Source: Bacteroidia bacterium (GTDB taxonomy: Bacteria > Bacteroidota > Bacteroidia > NS11-12g > UBA9320). Taken from it: a DNA stretch of 64,000 nt. The notes under the pieces were generated by a model. It searched no databases and was not told where the DNA came from. It saw only the letters and a list, made by a program, of their open reading frames with translations. The translations under genes were made by a program, and so were the position numbers. The DNA lies in NCBI GenBank assembly GCA_965216465.1, contig CBDCFW010000005.1:288001-352000 (forward strand), in the 5' to 3' direction. Shown in pieces: positions 10,917-22,400 of this stretch. How positions within the stretch are numbered: the first letter of the stretch is position 1; each line of letters starts with the position of its first letter.

Positions 10917-12713
10917 TTATTGTAGGAAATAGTTCTTAACCTGGATGTCGAAGGGCATCATGGCTTGAACATTATGCTTGCTTCCCCACTGCTTAATTTC
11001 AGAAATGTATTTCACATAGGGACCAACAGAAGTTCCTTCCGTAATCTTAGTAAGTTCAGCTTGCATGCTTGTTTTTCCTTGTAGCTTATCTACAAAGAGA
11101 GAAATAGGATCTTGAGCTTTTGGATACTCACTCACCTTATACTCTTCAATTCCTGCTTCTGCTGCAGCAACTTCGATAGCCTTCTCTAATCCTCCTAGTT
11201 CATCAACCAAACCAATTTCTTGAGCCATTACACCGGTCCAAACTCGGCCTTGGGCTATTGAATCAACCCCTTCAATGGTCATGTCTCTTGATTCGCTTAC
11301 TCGTGCCAAGAACGTATCGTAAATATCATCAATTATCTGCTCGATATAAGCACGTTCTTCAGTAGTAAGTGCTCGATCTATTCTACCAATATCTGAGTGA
11401 GAGCCCGTTCCTACATACTCAAAGTTTAATCCGAGTTTTTCGTTAAGCAGTTCTTTTGCATTTGGAATTAAACCAAAAACTCCAATGGAACCAGTTATTG
11501 TAGTAGGTTCAGCAATAATCTTGTTTGAAGCTAATGAAATGTAATAGCCTCCGCTTGCTGCAACATCTCCCATACTAGTAATAAGTGGCTTTTCCTGAGC
11601 TAGCAACTGCGCTTCTCTCCAGATAATGTCTGATGCCAGTGAACTACCTCCTCTTGAATTTACACGAAGAACGACTGCTTTTACTCTATCATTTTCCCTT
11701 ACTTTCTTCAACGTAGCAACCACATCTTCCGCAGCAATTTGTGATCCGTCTCCTTTTCCTCCTACAATATCACCGTCAGCATAAACAACGGCAATTCGAT
11801 CTCTTCCGCTGCTATGAGGCGAATTGATTTTCTTACTGTATTTCAAAGGACTTAGCAATGTTACTTTAGAAGTGGTTTCTAATCCCATTCTTGTTTTCAT
11901 TGCAGCATAAAACTCATCACGGTAAACAGCACCATCGATGTAATTGCCTGCTACAAAATCTTCAATAGATCTCAACTTTAACTCGTCGGCATGTTTTTTA
12001 AGTGTATCAATGCTAATTCCTCGAGTCTCAGCAATTTTCATGAGTGTTTGATCAAAAACAGAATTGATGTACGTTTCAATTTGAAGTCTGTTCTCTGGAC
12101 TTAAACTGGTACGGGTATACGGTTCAACTGCTCCTTTAAACTTCCCTGCTCGAACAACCTGCATGTCAACTCCTAATTTTTCAAGCGTGTTGGCAAAGAA
12201 TGCAATCTCAGCAACCATGCCGGTGAATGCCATTTGTCCTTCAGGATTAATGAAGACGCTGTCGGCAACACTGGCTAAGTAATAGGTTGGATAATAGTAG
12301 TAATCAGCATAGGCATAAACAAACTTACCTGTCGACTTAAAATCTTCAAGCTTGTTTCTTAGCTCTGTTAAACGAGCATAACCCGTTTGCAGTGTTGTAA
12401 GATCAAGAATAATACCCTCAATTTTTGCATCTTCTTTAGCAACCTCTATGCAATCTAACAAATCGCTCAAACCTACAGGCACTTGAACGTTTGGATCTAA
12501 CGCTGATAATGCAGCTAGTGGGTTTTGATTATTCACCCTATCTTTAAGTTCATAGTTCAACTTTAGGTTTAAAACGGTATTCGTTGGAATTTTCACTTCT
12601 GGCTTAGAAGTGGATGCTATACCTATCAACATCACCATAAAAAAACCAACTAGTAATGCAGCGGCTAGTAAATACCCCAGTGCTGATGCTAAAACTACTT
12701 TTAAAAATCTCAT
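10917..12713 (-). CDS. sppA: Signal peptide peptidase SppA (protease IV, 67K type)
   Basis: GKFKGAVEPY, LRVNSRGGS, SMGDVAASGGYYI, GRVWTG; ATG 12713 preferred. Confidence 0.97.
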   Translation of the reverse strand: MRFLKVVLASALGYLLAAALLVGFFMVMLIGIASTSKPEVKIPTNTVLNLKLNYELKDRVNNQNPLAALSALDPNVQVPVGLSDLLDCIEVAKEDAKIEGIILDLTTLQTGYARLTELRNKLEDFKSTGKFVYAYADYYYYPTYYLASVADSVFINPEGQMAFTGMVAEIAFFANTLEKLGVDMQVVRAGKFKGAVEPYTRTSLSPENRLQIETYINSVFDQTLMKIAETRGISIDTLKKHADELKLRSIEDFVAGNYIDGAVYRDEFYAAMKTRMGLETTSKVTLLSPLKYSKKINSPHSSGRDRIAVVYADGDIVGGKGDGSQIAAEDVVATLKKVRENDRVKAVVLRVNSRGGSSLASDIIWREAQLLAQEKPLITSMGDVAASGGYYISLASNKIIAEPTTITGSIGVFGLIPNAKELLNEKLGLNFEYVGTGSHSDIGRIDRALTTEERAYIEQIIDDIYDTFLARVSESRDMTIEGVDSIAQGRVWTGVMAQEIGLVDELGGLEKAIEVAAAEAGIEEYKVSEYPKAQDPISLFVDKLQGKTSMQAELTKITEGTSVGPYVKYISEIKQWGSKHNVQAMMPFDIQVKNYFLQ

Positions 12714-12764
12714 ATTGTTTATTCTGTTTATTGCTTGAACCAAACCTTCTTACAGGTACAGCTT

Positions 12765-12794
12765 TATAACAACGAATTAAGTTTGAAGGTTACA
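12765..12794 (-). promoter_or_regulatory. Putative ECF-sigma promoter of sppA
   Basis: TGTAACC-N16-TGTTATA, same -35 heptamer and spacing as the sites beside the ECF sigma gene. Confidence 0.55.
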
Positions 12795-12868
12795 GGATTA
12801 AGTAGCTTTATCGGTAAATGACAAATATATCTCGTTAAATATTTGGTTTCCATTTACATTTGCCCACC

Positions 12869-13636
12869 ATGCAGGCAAGTGTTGTAATCTCCTACTACAA
12901 AAATGTGGAGGCTTTAGCCCTTCTATTAAAAGCCCTAAATCAACAATCAACCTTGCCTCAAGAAGTTATTATTGCAGAAGACGATAATGACGAGACGACT
13001 TCACAATTTTTATCGTCAAATGTGAAAGCTCACAATTTCAAGCTTGTTCACCTCTATCAAGATGAGAACATCGGATTTAGAAAAAATCAAATGTTAAATC
13101 GAGCAGTGGCTTCTTCTAAAAATGAACTCATAGCATTTTTAGATGGAGATTGTATTCCGCATAAGCACTGGTTAGCAATGTGCATTAAACATACAGAGCC
13201 CAAAAAACCAGTATTTGGAAGAAGAGTAATGCTTGGACCAAAATTTACAGATAAGGTCTACAAACAAAGTATCGATCAGTTTTCGTTTATCAATCTTTTA
13301 TTTTCTGATTCGAAACGCGTTAAGTATGGTTTGTTTCTTCCCTTTTTCGGTATACAAAAACGAAGCGGAATGTGGGGTTGCAATTGGGCAATTTACAAAT
13401 CAGACCTGTTAGCAATAGACGGATTCGACGAACAATACACCCGAGCTGGAATCGGCGAAGATGTAGATGTTGAGTGGCGTTTGAACGAAGCAGGAATATT
13501 CTTCTCGTCAGTGCGGCATCATGCTTTGGTGTACCATTTACATCACGAATCAAACTATTCTGATGATGATGTAAATTTCAACAAAGCCATCTTAGCAAAG
13601 AAGAAAACTGCAAAAGAGAACAACGTCTCAAAGTAG
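12869..13636 (+). CDS. Glycosyltransferase family 2
   Basis: SVVISYY, EVIIAED, FLDGDC (DxD), GCN, GFDE, EDVD; ATG 12869 preferred. Confidence 0.92.
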   Translation: MQASVVISYYKNVEALALLLKALNQQSTLPQEVIIAEDDNDETTSQFLSSNVKAHNFKLVHLYQDENIGFRKNQMLNRAVASSKNELIAFLDGDCIPHKHWLAMCIKHTEPKKPVFGRRVMLGPKFTDKVYKQSIDQFSFINLLFSDSKRVKYGLFLPFFGIQKRSGMWGCNWAIYKSDLLAIDGFDEQYTRAGIGEDVDVEWRLNEAGIFFSSVRHHALVYHLHHESNYSDDDVNFNKAILAKKKTAKENNVSK

Positions 13637-13727
13637 GTCATACTGTAAAAATCAACGATTTACTACAAATCAACTGAATTGTCACCGTTTGATTTGCTCC
13701 GTAAAAACAGATCTGACCGTTTTAGTG

Positions 13728-14771
13728 ATGAATGATAATTTGGATGCTGCCCTCAGAAAGTTTAAGTACCGATTAAAAGCAGTTATCCCCCCAAATTTAA
13801 ATGTAGCCAGAGAATTGGCACAATTACTTGAAGTAAGCAAAGAAGGTGCTTACCGACGACTAAGAGGGGCCTCTCCTTTTACACTCCAAGAACTCTTGCT
13901 GATTACATCAACCTATGGTGTTTCATTAGACTATTTGGATACCAAACACAATTTAACTCCATTTGCTCACCTTGCACAACTTGGCCAAATGGAAAATTTT
14001 CAAGCCTATTTACAGGTGCTTGATGAACAGCTTGAGTTAGCTGGTCAAGATTCAAATACATCTGTTTACAACCTCTGCGAAGACCTTCCTTTTTTTAGGC
14101 AGCTTGGGTACAATCACCTCAATCAATTTAAAATCTATTATTGGTTAAATTTTTCAGCTTGTTGTGCCAAGCAGAAAGGGCAATTTGAAGCTACTGACTT
14201 AAATTCTGATTTGGCCTATCAATTCACCAATCTACACCACAAATATTTGCATTGCAACACAACCGAAATATGGACTGGTCTGACTCAAAGTAAAACCTTG
14301 AATCAGTTGGAATACTTGCATAAACAAAAACACTTTAGATCTGATGAGGAGTGCTATTATGTTTATCGCGATTTGGTTCACCTTCAGGCCGACCTCAAAA
14401 GAGATTCGTCAGCTTGTGTTAAGTTCTCAAACGATGGTGAAATTGGAGGAGCGTATCACTTGTATAAGAGTGAACTATATTTAGAGAACGGTGGAATCTA
14501 TTTGACAGGGAGCAAACCCCAGTTTCTAGCAATTGGTATGAACGGAAGCGGATCTGTTCAAACCTCTGATCCTATGGTGCTTGAAGAATACCACAGTCGA
14601 CTAGCTAATGTTGTATCCAACTCATTGCTCTTGAGCGGTCACTCATCTTATTTCAGAAAAGATTTCATTCAAGAAAATCTGAATCAAATTTATTACTCCG
14701 CAAAACGTGTACTACCTCCTCCTTTTATGAAGAGACTGCAATCTGAAATGAAACTGCTCGAAAAAAACTAA
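13728..14771 (+). CDS. Helix-turn-helix domain protein (putative transcriptional regulator)
   Basis: N-terminal HTH ELAQLLEVSKEGAYRRLRG..PFTLQE...YGVSLD followed by a large C-domain; ATG 13728. Confidence 0.75.
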   Translation: MNDNLDAALRKFKYRLKAVIPPNLNVARELAQLLEVSKEGAYRRLRGASPFTLQELLLITSTYGVSLDYLDTKHNLTPFAHLAQLGQMENFQAYLQVLDEQLELAGQDSNTSVYNLCEDLPFFRQLGYNHLNQFKIYYWLNFSACCAKQKGQFEATDLNSDLAYQFTNLHHKYLHCNTTEIWTGLTQSKTLNQLEYLHKQKHFRSDEECYYVYRDLVHLQADLKRDSSACVKFSNDGEIGGAYHLYKSELYLENGGIYLTGSKPQFLAIGMNGSGSVQTSDPMVLEEYHSRLANVVSNSLLLSGHSSYFRKDFIQENLNQIYYSAKRVLPPPFMKRLQSEMKLLEKN

Positions 14772-14812
14772 TTTATCGATTCTATTCGTGCAGATAGAAC
14801 TAAATTTGCCCC

Positions 14813-16159
14813 ATGATTTCAGAACTTTCTGCAATAAGCCCAATTGATGGGCGCTATAGAGGTAAGGTTAGTGCATTGGCTCCATATTTTTCAGAATACG
14901 GCCTATTCAAGTACAGGGTTTGGGTTGAAATTGAGTATTTTGTTGCACTGTCGAAGCTAGGTCTTAAACAGTTTCCAGCATTGAGTGATGCTAACACTGA
15001 ATTTCTAAGAAGCTTGTATCTCAATTTTACTGAAAATCATGCACAAGAAATTAAAGACATCGAAAAGGTAACAAACCACGATGTAAAAGCTGTTGAATAT
15101 TTTATCAAAGAAAAAATCAAAGGAACTGAGCTTGAAGAGTTTCAAGAGTTTGTTCACTTTGGTTTAACAAGTCAAGATGTAAACAATACGGCCATTCCTT
15201 TCAGCTTACGTTTAGGAATTCACGAACAAATCATTCCAAGCATTGAAGAAGTAATTGCTCAAATTAGCAACTTTGCAAATGAATGGAAGTCTGTTCCTCT
15301 TCTAAGCAGAACGCATGGGCAGGCTGCAACACCATCTACAATGGGAAAAGAGTTTACCGTTTTTGCAGAACGTTTAACTATCCAGCTCAACACCCTGAAA
15401 CAAACGCCTATAAGTGCCAAGTTTGGTGGGGCAACTGGTGCATACAACGCACATCGATTGGCTTTCCCAAATATTGATTGGCCAAGCTTTGGTGACAGTT
15501 TAGTTGAAGGGCTTGGCTTGGTTAGAAGTTATCCGACTACTCAAATCGACCACTACGATCAGCTCGCTGCAGTATTTGATGCTCTTCGTCGAATCAACAT
15601 CATCCTTATGGACTTTGCGAAGGATGTTTGGCAGTATATCAGCATGGATTTCTTCAAACAAAAAATTGTTAAGGGAGAAGTTGGATCATCTGCCATGCCT
15701 CATAAGGTGAATCCTATTGATTTTGAGAATGCTGAAGGGAATTTAGGAATTGCAAACGCTATTCTTGACCACTTGAGCAATAAACTTCCAATTTCAAGGT
15801 TGCAAAGAGACCTTACAGACTCAACTGTTCTTCGTAACATTGGCGTGCCTTTAGGCCATATTATGATTGCGATTAAGAGCTTGCAAAAAGGCATGGGCAA
15901 GCTCATCCTAAATCAAGAGGCCATTACCCAAGACCTTGACCGCAATTGGGCAGTAGTTGCTGAGGCAATTCAAACAATTCTCAGAAGAGAAAAAGTTGAA
16001 GGTGCTTATGAATTACTTAAAGACCTAACCCGAACCAACGATGGAATAAATGAAGAGTCTATTGCAACATTTGTAAATAAGTTAGACGTTGCAGATGACG
16101 TAAAACAAGAAATCAGCTCGATTACTCCTTTCAATTATTTGGGTTATGCCGCAGACTAA
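14813..16159 (+). CDS. purB: Adenylosuccinate lyase
   Basis: AISPIDGRY, TNHDVKAVEY, GSSAMPHKVNPIDFEN. Confidence 0.99.
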   Translation: MISELSAISPIDGRYRGKVSALAPYFSEYGLFKYRVWVEIEYFVALSKLGLKQFPALSDANTEFLRSLYLNFTENHAQEIKDIEKVTNHDVKAVEYFIKEKIKGTELEEFQEFVHFGLTSQDVNNTAIPFSLRLGIHEQIIPSIEEVIAQISNFANEWKSVPLLSRTHGQAATPSTMGKEFTVFAERLTIQLNTLKQTPISAKFGGATGAYNAHRLAFPNIDWPSFGDSLVEGLGLVRSYPTTQIDHYDQLAAVFDALRRINIILMDFAKDVWQYISMDFFKQKIVKGEVGSSAMPHKVNPIDFENAEGNLGIANAILDHLSNKLPISRLQRDLTDSTVLRNIGVPLGHIMIAIKSLQKGMGKLILNQEAITQDLDRNWAVVAEAIQTILRREKVEGAYELLKDLTRTNDGINEESIATFVNKLDVADDVKQEISSITPFNYLGYAAD

Positions 16160-16514
16160 GCATACATTGGTAATTGGAGCTACTCCAAATCCTTCACGCT
16201 TCGCAAATATTGCTACCCACATGCTACTGGAGTATGATCATCCGGTGACACTATATGGCATTAAGAAAGGAAGTATTGGACACTTGCCAATTTTAAATGA
16301 GTGGCCAGATTCTGGAGATTTTGATACGATTACCTTGTACATTAACCCGTCTATTCAGGAGCGATACCTTCAACAGATACTTGATTTAAACCCAAAACGA
16401 ATCATTTTTAATCCGGGTACAGAAAACCCAAAATTGGTCGAATTGGCACGTTCGCAAAATATTGAAGCATTAAATGCTTGTACCTTAGTACTTTTGCGTA
16501 CCGGACAATATTAA
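16146..16514 (+). CDS. CoA-binding protein (YccU-like)
   Basis: TLVIGATPNPSR...DTITLY...PKRIIFNPGTEN...ACTLV. Confidence 0.9.
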   Translation: MPQTKHTLVIGATPNPSRFANIATHMLLEYDHPVTLYGIKKGSIGHLPILNEWPDSGDFDTITLYINPSIQERYLQQILDLNPKRIIFNPGTENPKLVELARSQNIEALNACTLVLLRTGQY

Positions 16515-16518
16515 AATT

Positions 16519-17286
16519 ATGCATAAATTCTTAATAATCTGCTTAGCAGTGGTCGTGGCATCATGCCAAAACAGAACAGAACAGCTATTGAGCGAAATTC
16601 AAGAGATTGAAAAATCTGAAAAGCGAGGCACTCCTGAAGGGCTTAAAGAACTAGCAGCTTTGCATGCAGAATATGGCTTAGATAACCATGACTCCATTTC
16701 GAACGAATACCTCTACTCAGCTGGAATGTATTATTTCATGGAAAACGATTATGACCAAGCAGAGACCCTGTTCTTTGAGTACATTTCACGAGATGATAGT
16801 ACTGAGCGTTTTAAAATGGCAACACTATTTCTCGCAAAGGTTTTAGCAAGCGAAAAACGCTACAGCGAAGCCGACGAATTAATCTCTGAGGTTTTAGAGC
16901 AACATTTGCCTAACTACCAACAATGGCATGAAATAATTGCACTCTACGATAACAAAGTCAAAGAAGACCCAAAACCTGCTGATTATGAAAGACTTGCATT
17001 AGCCTACACCGCAGTTGGAAGATTTGATATCGCATTAAAAAAATTAGATACCAGTATTGAGAATTACCCAGACAATGAAAATAGGTCTGACTTAATTTAT
17101 AGAGGTGGATTTATTGCTTGGGAGTATCTAAAAGATGAAGAACAAGCAGCTAGATATTACAATAAGTTTTTGCAAGAATATCCCAATGACCCTAAGGCTG
17201 GCGAAGTTAAAAACATACTCTCTTCAGGTATGCTCTCAATGTCTGACGAAGAAGTTCTTGAAATGTTAAAAGGTAATGCACAATAA
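16519..17286 (+). CDS. Tetratricopeptide-repeat lipoprotein
   Basis: Lipobox VASC; TPR-like helices ending 'ENYPD' and 'FLQEYPND'. Confidence 0.8.
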   Translation: MHKFLIICLAVVVASCQNRTEQLLSEIQEIEKSEKRGTPEGLKELAALHAEYGLDNHDSISNEYLYSAGMYYFMENDYDQAETLFFEYISRDDSTERFKMATLFLAKVLASEKRYSEADELISEVLEQHLPNYQQWHEIIALYDNKVKEDPKPADYERLALAYTAVGRFDIALKKLDTSIENYPDNENRSDLIYRGGFIAWEYLKDEEQAARYYNKFLQEYPNDPKAGEVKNILSSGMLSMSDEEVLEMLKGNAQ

Positions 17287-17287
17287 C

Positions 17288-18055
17288 ATGGCTCAGAAAA
17301 CAGCACTTATTACAGGTACGACATCCGGAATTGGAGAAGCAACTGCGATACTATTGGCTCAACAAGGCTATAGAATTATTTTAAATGGCCGTAGAGAATC
17401 TAGATTAAATGAGCAGGCTAAGATGTTAAGCGATCAGTTTAACTGCGAAACTTTGATCATGCCAGTTGACGTTCGAAATCAAGAAGATGTTGATTCTTTT
17501 ATTAAGCACTTACCTGAAAATTGGAGTAGCATTGATGTTTTGGTTAACAATGCTGGGCTTGCAGCCGGTTTGGAGTCACTTGAAGATGGTGACATCGACA
17601 ACTGGAATCGCATGATTGACACGAATATTAAAGGTTTACTATTCATGACCAAGAGTATGATTCCTATTTTACGTCAATCAAAAGGACATATCGTAAACAT
17701 TGGCTCTATCGCTGGCAAAGAAGTCTACCCAAATGGTAATGTATACTGTGGCACCAAACATATGGTTGATGCTTTAAATAAAGCCATGAGGCGAGAACTT
17801 GCCGAAGCTGGTATCAAGGTGTCAAGTGTTAATCCTGGAGCTGTAGAAACCGAATTCTCAATCGTACGTTTAAATGGCGATGAAGACAGGGCTAAATCGG
17901 TTTACGAAGGATTTGAAAACCTTGTTGCAGGAGATATCGCAGACGCAATCTGGTACGTAATAAGTAGACCACGTCATGTAAATATTAATGAATTAATTAT
18001 CATGCCAACAGCACAACCCGCTGCTGGTGTTGTTATCAAGAATAAAGGACTTTAA
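17288..18055 (+). CDS. SDR family NAD(P)-dependent oxidoreductase (YdfG-like)
   Basis: TGTTSGIG, NNAG, YCGTK (YxxxK), PGAVETEFS. Confidence 0.93.
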   Translation: MAQKTALITGTTSGIGEATAILLAQQGYRIILNGRRESRLNEQAKMLSDQFNCETLIMPVDVRNQEDVDSFIKHLPENWSSIDVLVNNAGLAAGLESLEDGDIDNWNRMIDTNIKGLLFMTKSMIPILRQSKGHIVNIGSIAGKEVYPNGNVYCGTKHMVDALNKAMRRELAEAGIKVSSVNPGAVETEFSIVRLNGDEDRAKSVYEGFENLVAGDIADAIWYVISRPRHVNINELIIMPTAQPAAGVVIKNKGL

Positions 18056-18864
18056 TATCCTGCGGCCCCTGTAAGTCGAGTATCTCTTGAGTGTACCGAC
18101 ATTACCGGTATTGGACTACTGTTAACAAGTTGCTGCGAGTAAGAATCCATAAATACTCCTGCACTTTCCGTCTCTGTCATAATTAACATTAATCCAGCAT
18201 TTACCTTCTCGCCATACTCTATACAAGTCTCAGGAACCTTAACTCCATACTCATTGCTTACGGTGTATTTAATTCCTCGCTCAGACAAATATCTTTCTGT
18301 TTGTCTGATATAAGAATTAACATGATGCATGGTATCTTTTGATTTACCTTTTGAAACCCCTAGAATATGAACAGTTGACCCAAAAGCTTGAGCTAGCAGT
18401 GAAGCGTAAGGAACCTTTTGACGAGACGCAGACGAATCGGCAAGAGGCAGCAAAATGTTGTCAAATGACATTTCAGATGCCTTTTCTTGAGTACAAATAA
18501 CTGGGCAGGTAGAACTACTAATCACTTTAAACGCGTTGCTTCCCATCCAAAATGGTTGCCAGCCTTTTTTACCGTGAGACCCTACCAAAATAAGATCGTA
18601 ATCCCCTTCTTTCTCCAATTTAATTACTTCGCTATGAACCTTTCCTTGCTTCTCTACAATGCTTAATTCAGTACCTTTTGAAGATGCAAAATCTTCAAGA
18701 AACTTTTTTGAATCTGCAAATTCTGCCTCGTTCCCCGACGATACAAAAAGTGCAGTAATTTCTGACCCGAATTTAGATGATATGTCACATGCTTTTTGCA
18801 ATGCGACTCGTGATGCCTCGCTGTTGTCGAAGGCTAAGAGAATTTTTTTGAAAGCCCTATCCAT
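18052..18864 (-). CDS. Universal stress protein (tandem USP domains)
   Basis: KILLAFDNS, DLILVGSHG, GSNA...CPV; second domain NILLP...PVMSV. Confidence 0.92.
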   Translation of the reverse strand: MDRAFKKILLAFDNSEASRVALQKACDISSKFGSEITALFVSSGNEAEFADSKKFLEDFASSKGTELSIVEKQGKVHSEVIKLEKEGDYDLILVGSHGKKGWQPFWMGSNAFKVISSSTCPVICTQEKASEMSFDNILLPLADSSASRQKVPYASLLAQAFGSTVHILGVSKGKSKDTMHHVNSYIRQTERYLSERGIKYTVSNEYGVKVPETCIEYGEKVNAGLMLIMTETESAGVFMDSYSQQLVNSSPIPVMSVHSRDTRLTGAAGY

Positions 18865-18912
18865 ATATTATTTTGTTTTAGTTTGCGCTAAAGTTAACAC
18901 TAATTTTCGAAA

Positions 18913-19410
18913 ATGAAAAATTTGAACAAAGCCCTTTTACTACTGATTATAAGTGTTTTATTTCTTAACTGTTCGGGTCCGAAATCTCCATCTTTCAAAA
19001 AACTTGAGAATGTTGAAGTGACCCCAAATGATCAAGAACACATCTCATTAAAAGCGGATGCCATTTATCACAATCCAAATCCTGTTGGTGGCATGCTAAC
19101 CTATTCCGACATAACCATCTCCATCGATGGCGTTGAGGTTAGTCATATTAAACAAGAACACGCAATTGCTGTACCCCAATCTCAAGACTTTGCAGTTCCA
19201 ATCTTGATTGATATAAACGGCAAAAAAGTCTTAGAAGAAAACAAAGGCTTTTTAAAGAATACAATTAAGCAATTCCTCACCAAAAAACTAGAATTGACCT
19301 ACAAGGGGACCGTAACTATTCAGGTAATGAACATCGAATTCGATGTTCCAATCGACTATACTGAAAATGTAAGCTTTGGGCTTAAATACAACGAGGCCGA
19401 AAAAGAGTAA
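18913..19410 (+). CDS. LEA type 2 / WHy domain lipoprotein
   Basis: Lipobox-like FLNC and the NPN motif (YHNPNPVG). Confidence 0.75.
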   Translation: MKNLNKALLLLIISVLFLNCSGPKSPSFKKLENVEVTPNDQEHISLKADAIYHNPNPVGGMLTYSDITISIDGVEVSHIKQEHAIAVPQSQDFAVPILIDINGKKVLEENKGFLKNTIKQFLTKKLELTYKGTVTIQVMNIEFDVPIDYTENVSFGLKYNEAEKE

Positions 19411-22400
19411 CTAGTTAAACTTAAATGGCATTTCAAGTGCCTCAAGTTTATTTCGCGTTATCTCGTCCATTTGCAATCGATAACGTTCTGAACTTGCTTT
19501 CACTTCTTTACCATTATCAGTGATCTTAAATGCAAGCTTCACCTTTCCTCTTTCATCAACAAGTTCAAATAAGTTAGCCATCAACTCTTCTGTAATATCA
19601 GCTGCATTAACCTTAATCGTAACCTGTTTCAATTGATTCTCAACGGCATCTGCAAGAAATGAAATGTCTTTAATATTCAAGTCAAGCTTGCTTCGATCTC
19701 GATAGCTTCTCTCTCCTACCGTTGTAATAAATATCTGGGCATTCAATTCTAAGAATCCCTTGAATGATGCATACTTCTCTCCGAACAACATAAACTCACG
19801 CGATCCTGAGAAATCCTCGACGTTTATTATCGCATACGGTTTACCATTTTTTGAGACCGAATCACGAACACTTGTTATAAGTCCCGCTACTTTAATTTCC
19901 TTGTCTAAAAGATCAAATCCAGCATCTTCTAAATCAACCAATTGATGGGTTGTAAAATGATCTATTTCAAATTTGAACTTGCTTAAAGGGTGTCCGGATA
20001 TATAAATCCCGACAAGCTCCTTTTCTCGTTGAAGCTTTTCCATTAAAGTCCAATCGTCAATAGTTGGCAAATCGGGTTCCTTAATTTCTAAATCTGCTGA
20101 GTCACCAAATAAGGAAGACTGACTGTTCAATGTATCGTTCTGTACTTGGTTACCGTACTTTATCGCCATGCTAATTCCAGTACCTTGTTGCACTTCTGTA
20201 ACATAAGATGACCGGTTAGAACCAAATTCATCAAACGCACCCGCTATCGCTAAATTTTCTAATGACTTTTTATTAACTACACGTTGGTTCACACGCTTAC
20301 ACAATTCAAACAAACTGGTGTATTCGCCTGTTTCTTTTCGTTCACGAATAATTTCTTTCGCTGCAGTATCACCTACCCCTTTAATTGCTCCCAAACCAAA
20401 TCGAATAGCTCCATCCTTATTCACGCTAAACTTGCTCGCACTTTCATTAACACTCGGACCTAAAATTGGAATATTCTGACGCTTACATTCATCCATAAAG
20501 AAACTCACTTTCTTTATATCATTCATATTGTGCGTTAATACTGAAGCCATAAATTCTGCAGGATAATGTGCTTTCAAGTAACCAGTATGAAAGGCAAGAT
20601 AAGCATAGCAAGTACTGTGGCTTTTATTAAAAGCGTACGAAGCAAATGCTTCCCAATCCTTCCAAACCTTCTTCAGTGTATCTTCAGCATGCCCGTTACC
20701 AACACCTTGTTCAATGAATAAATCAAAGAGTTTATTCATCTCCTCAATTTTTTTCTTACCCATTGCCTTTCTCAAACTATCGGCTTGACCCTTGGTGAAA
20801 TTTGCCAGCTTTTGGGACAATAACATCACCTGCTCTTGGTAAACTGTAATTCCATAGGTGTCAGAAAGATATTCCTCCATATCAGCCAGGTCATATACAA
20901 TCTCTTCTCTACCATGCTTACGGGCAATAAAGTTCTTAATGTAATCCATCGGACCAGGTCGATATAAGGCGTTCATGGCAATCAAATCTTCAAACTTATC
21001 GGGTTTGAGCATTTTGAGATTTTTCTGCATTCCTGGACTCTCAAACTGAAACACTCCATTGGTATTCCCTTTGGCGAATAGTTCTAAAGTTTTAGGATCG
21101 TCTAATGGAATTTCATCTGGAACAATTTCAACTCCATGCTTGTCTTTTATGATTTCAACAGCATCTTTGATTATGGTTAATGTTTTTAGCCCCAAGAAAT
21201 CCATTTTCAGAAGGCCTGCACTTTCAACAACGCTATTGTCAAACTGGGTTACCAAAAGGTCAGAATCTTTTGCAACTGTAACAGGAATGTACTTGGTAAT
21301 TTCATCGGGAGTAATAATTACCCCACAGGCATGAATCCCGGTGTTTCGAACAGACCCTTCGAGTCGCTTTGCGGTTTGAATCATCTTGCCAATGTCATCT
21401 TTACCCTCGGCTAACTTTCTAAAATCTTCAGCCGCTTGCACATCTTCTGAGTTTAGGTCACCTTTCAACTTAGGATCGACTCCATTCTCAGCTAAAACCT
21501 TATTCAAGTTTGCTTTTAAGTGCTTTGGAAACGTTTTCGCAACTCGATCCACTTCGGGTAAAGGAACATCCAGCACTCTACCTACATCCCTCAGAGAGGA
21601 ACGTGCTGCCATCGAACCATAGGTAATAATTTGTGCAACTTGTTTTTGACCGTATTTATCTACTACATAGTCAATTACCTTTTGTCTTCCTTCGTCATCA
21701 AAGTCAATATCTATATCAGGCATTGACACCCTTTCAGGATTCAAGAAACGCTCAAAAAGTAGATTGTATGCAATCGGGTCAACATTGGTTATACCAAGGC
21801 AATATGCTACGGCTGATCCTGCCGCCGACCCTCTCCCAGGTCCAACCGACACACCCATATCTCTTGCAACGCTAGTAAAGTCCTGTACAATTAGGAAGTA
21901 ACCTGGATAGCCACTGGCTGCAATAACCGATAGCTCAAAGTTAAGTCGCTCTTCAATATCTGCTGTTATCTCTTTATATCGACGTTTAGCTCCCTCGAAA
22001 GTCAGGTATTTTAAATACTCATCTTGGGTTTTAAATCCTTGCGGCAATACATAGTTTGGAAGCAGCACATCCCGGCTTAATTTAGGTGTTTCAATGCTGT
22101 CAACTATGATGTTGGTATTGTCTAAGGCTTCGGGAATATCGGCGAATAATCTTCCCATCTCCTCCTGCGTTTTGAAGAAGAACTCGTTGTTCGGAAAAGC
22201 AAAACGCTTTCCTTTTCCAAAACCTTTCGGGTCGCTGATTTTAGATCCGGTGTTGATACAAAGCAAAATGTCGTGAGGCATTGCATCGTCTTCTTCCATG
22301 TAGTGGGAGTCGTTCGTTGCAATAACATTCAAATTGTATTTGGCCGCGAACTTCATCAACACTTGATTTACATCTTCTTGACTCTTCCCAGTACCATCGA

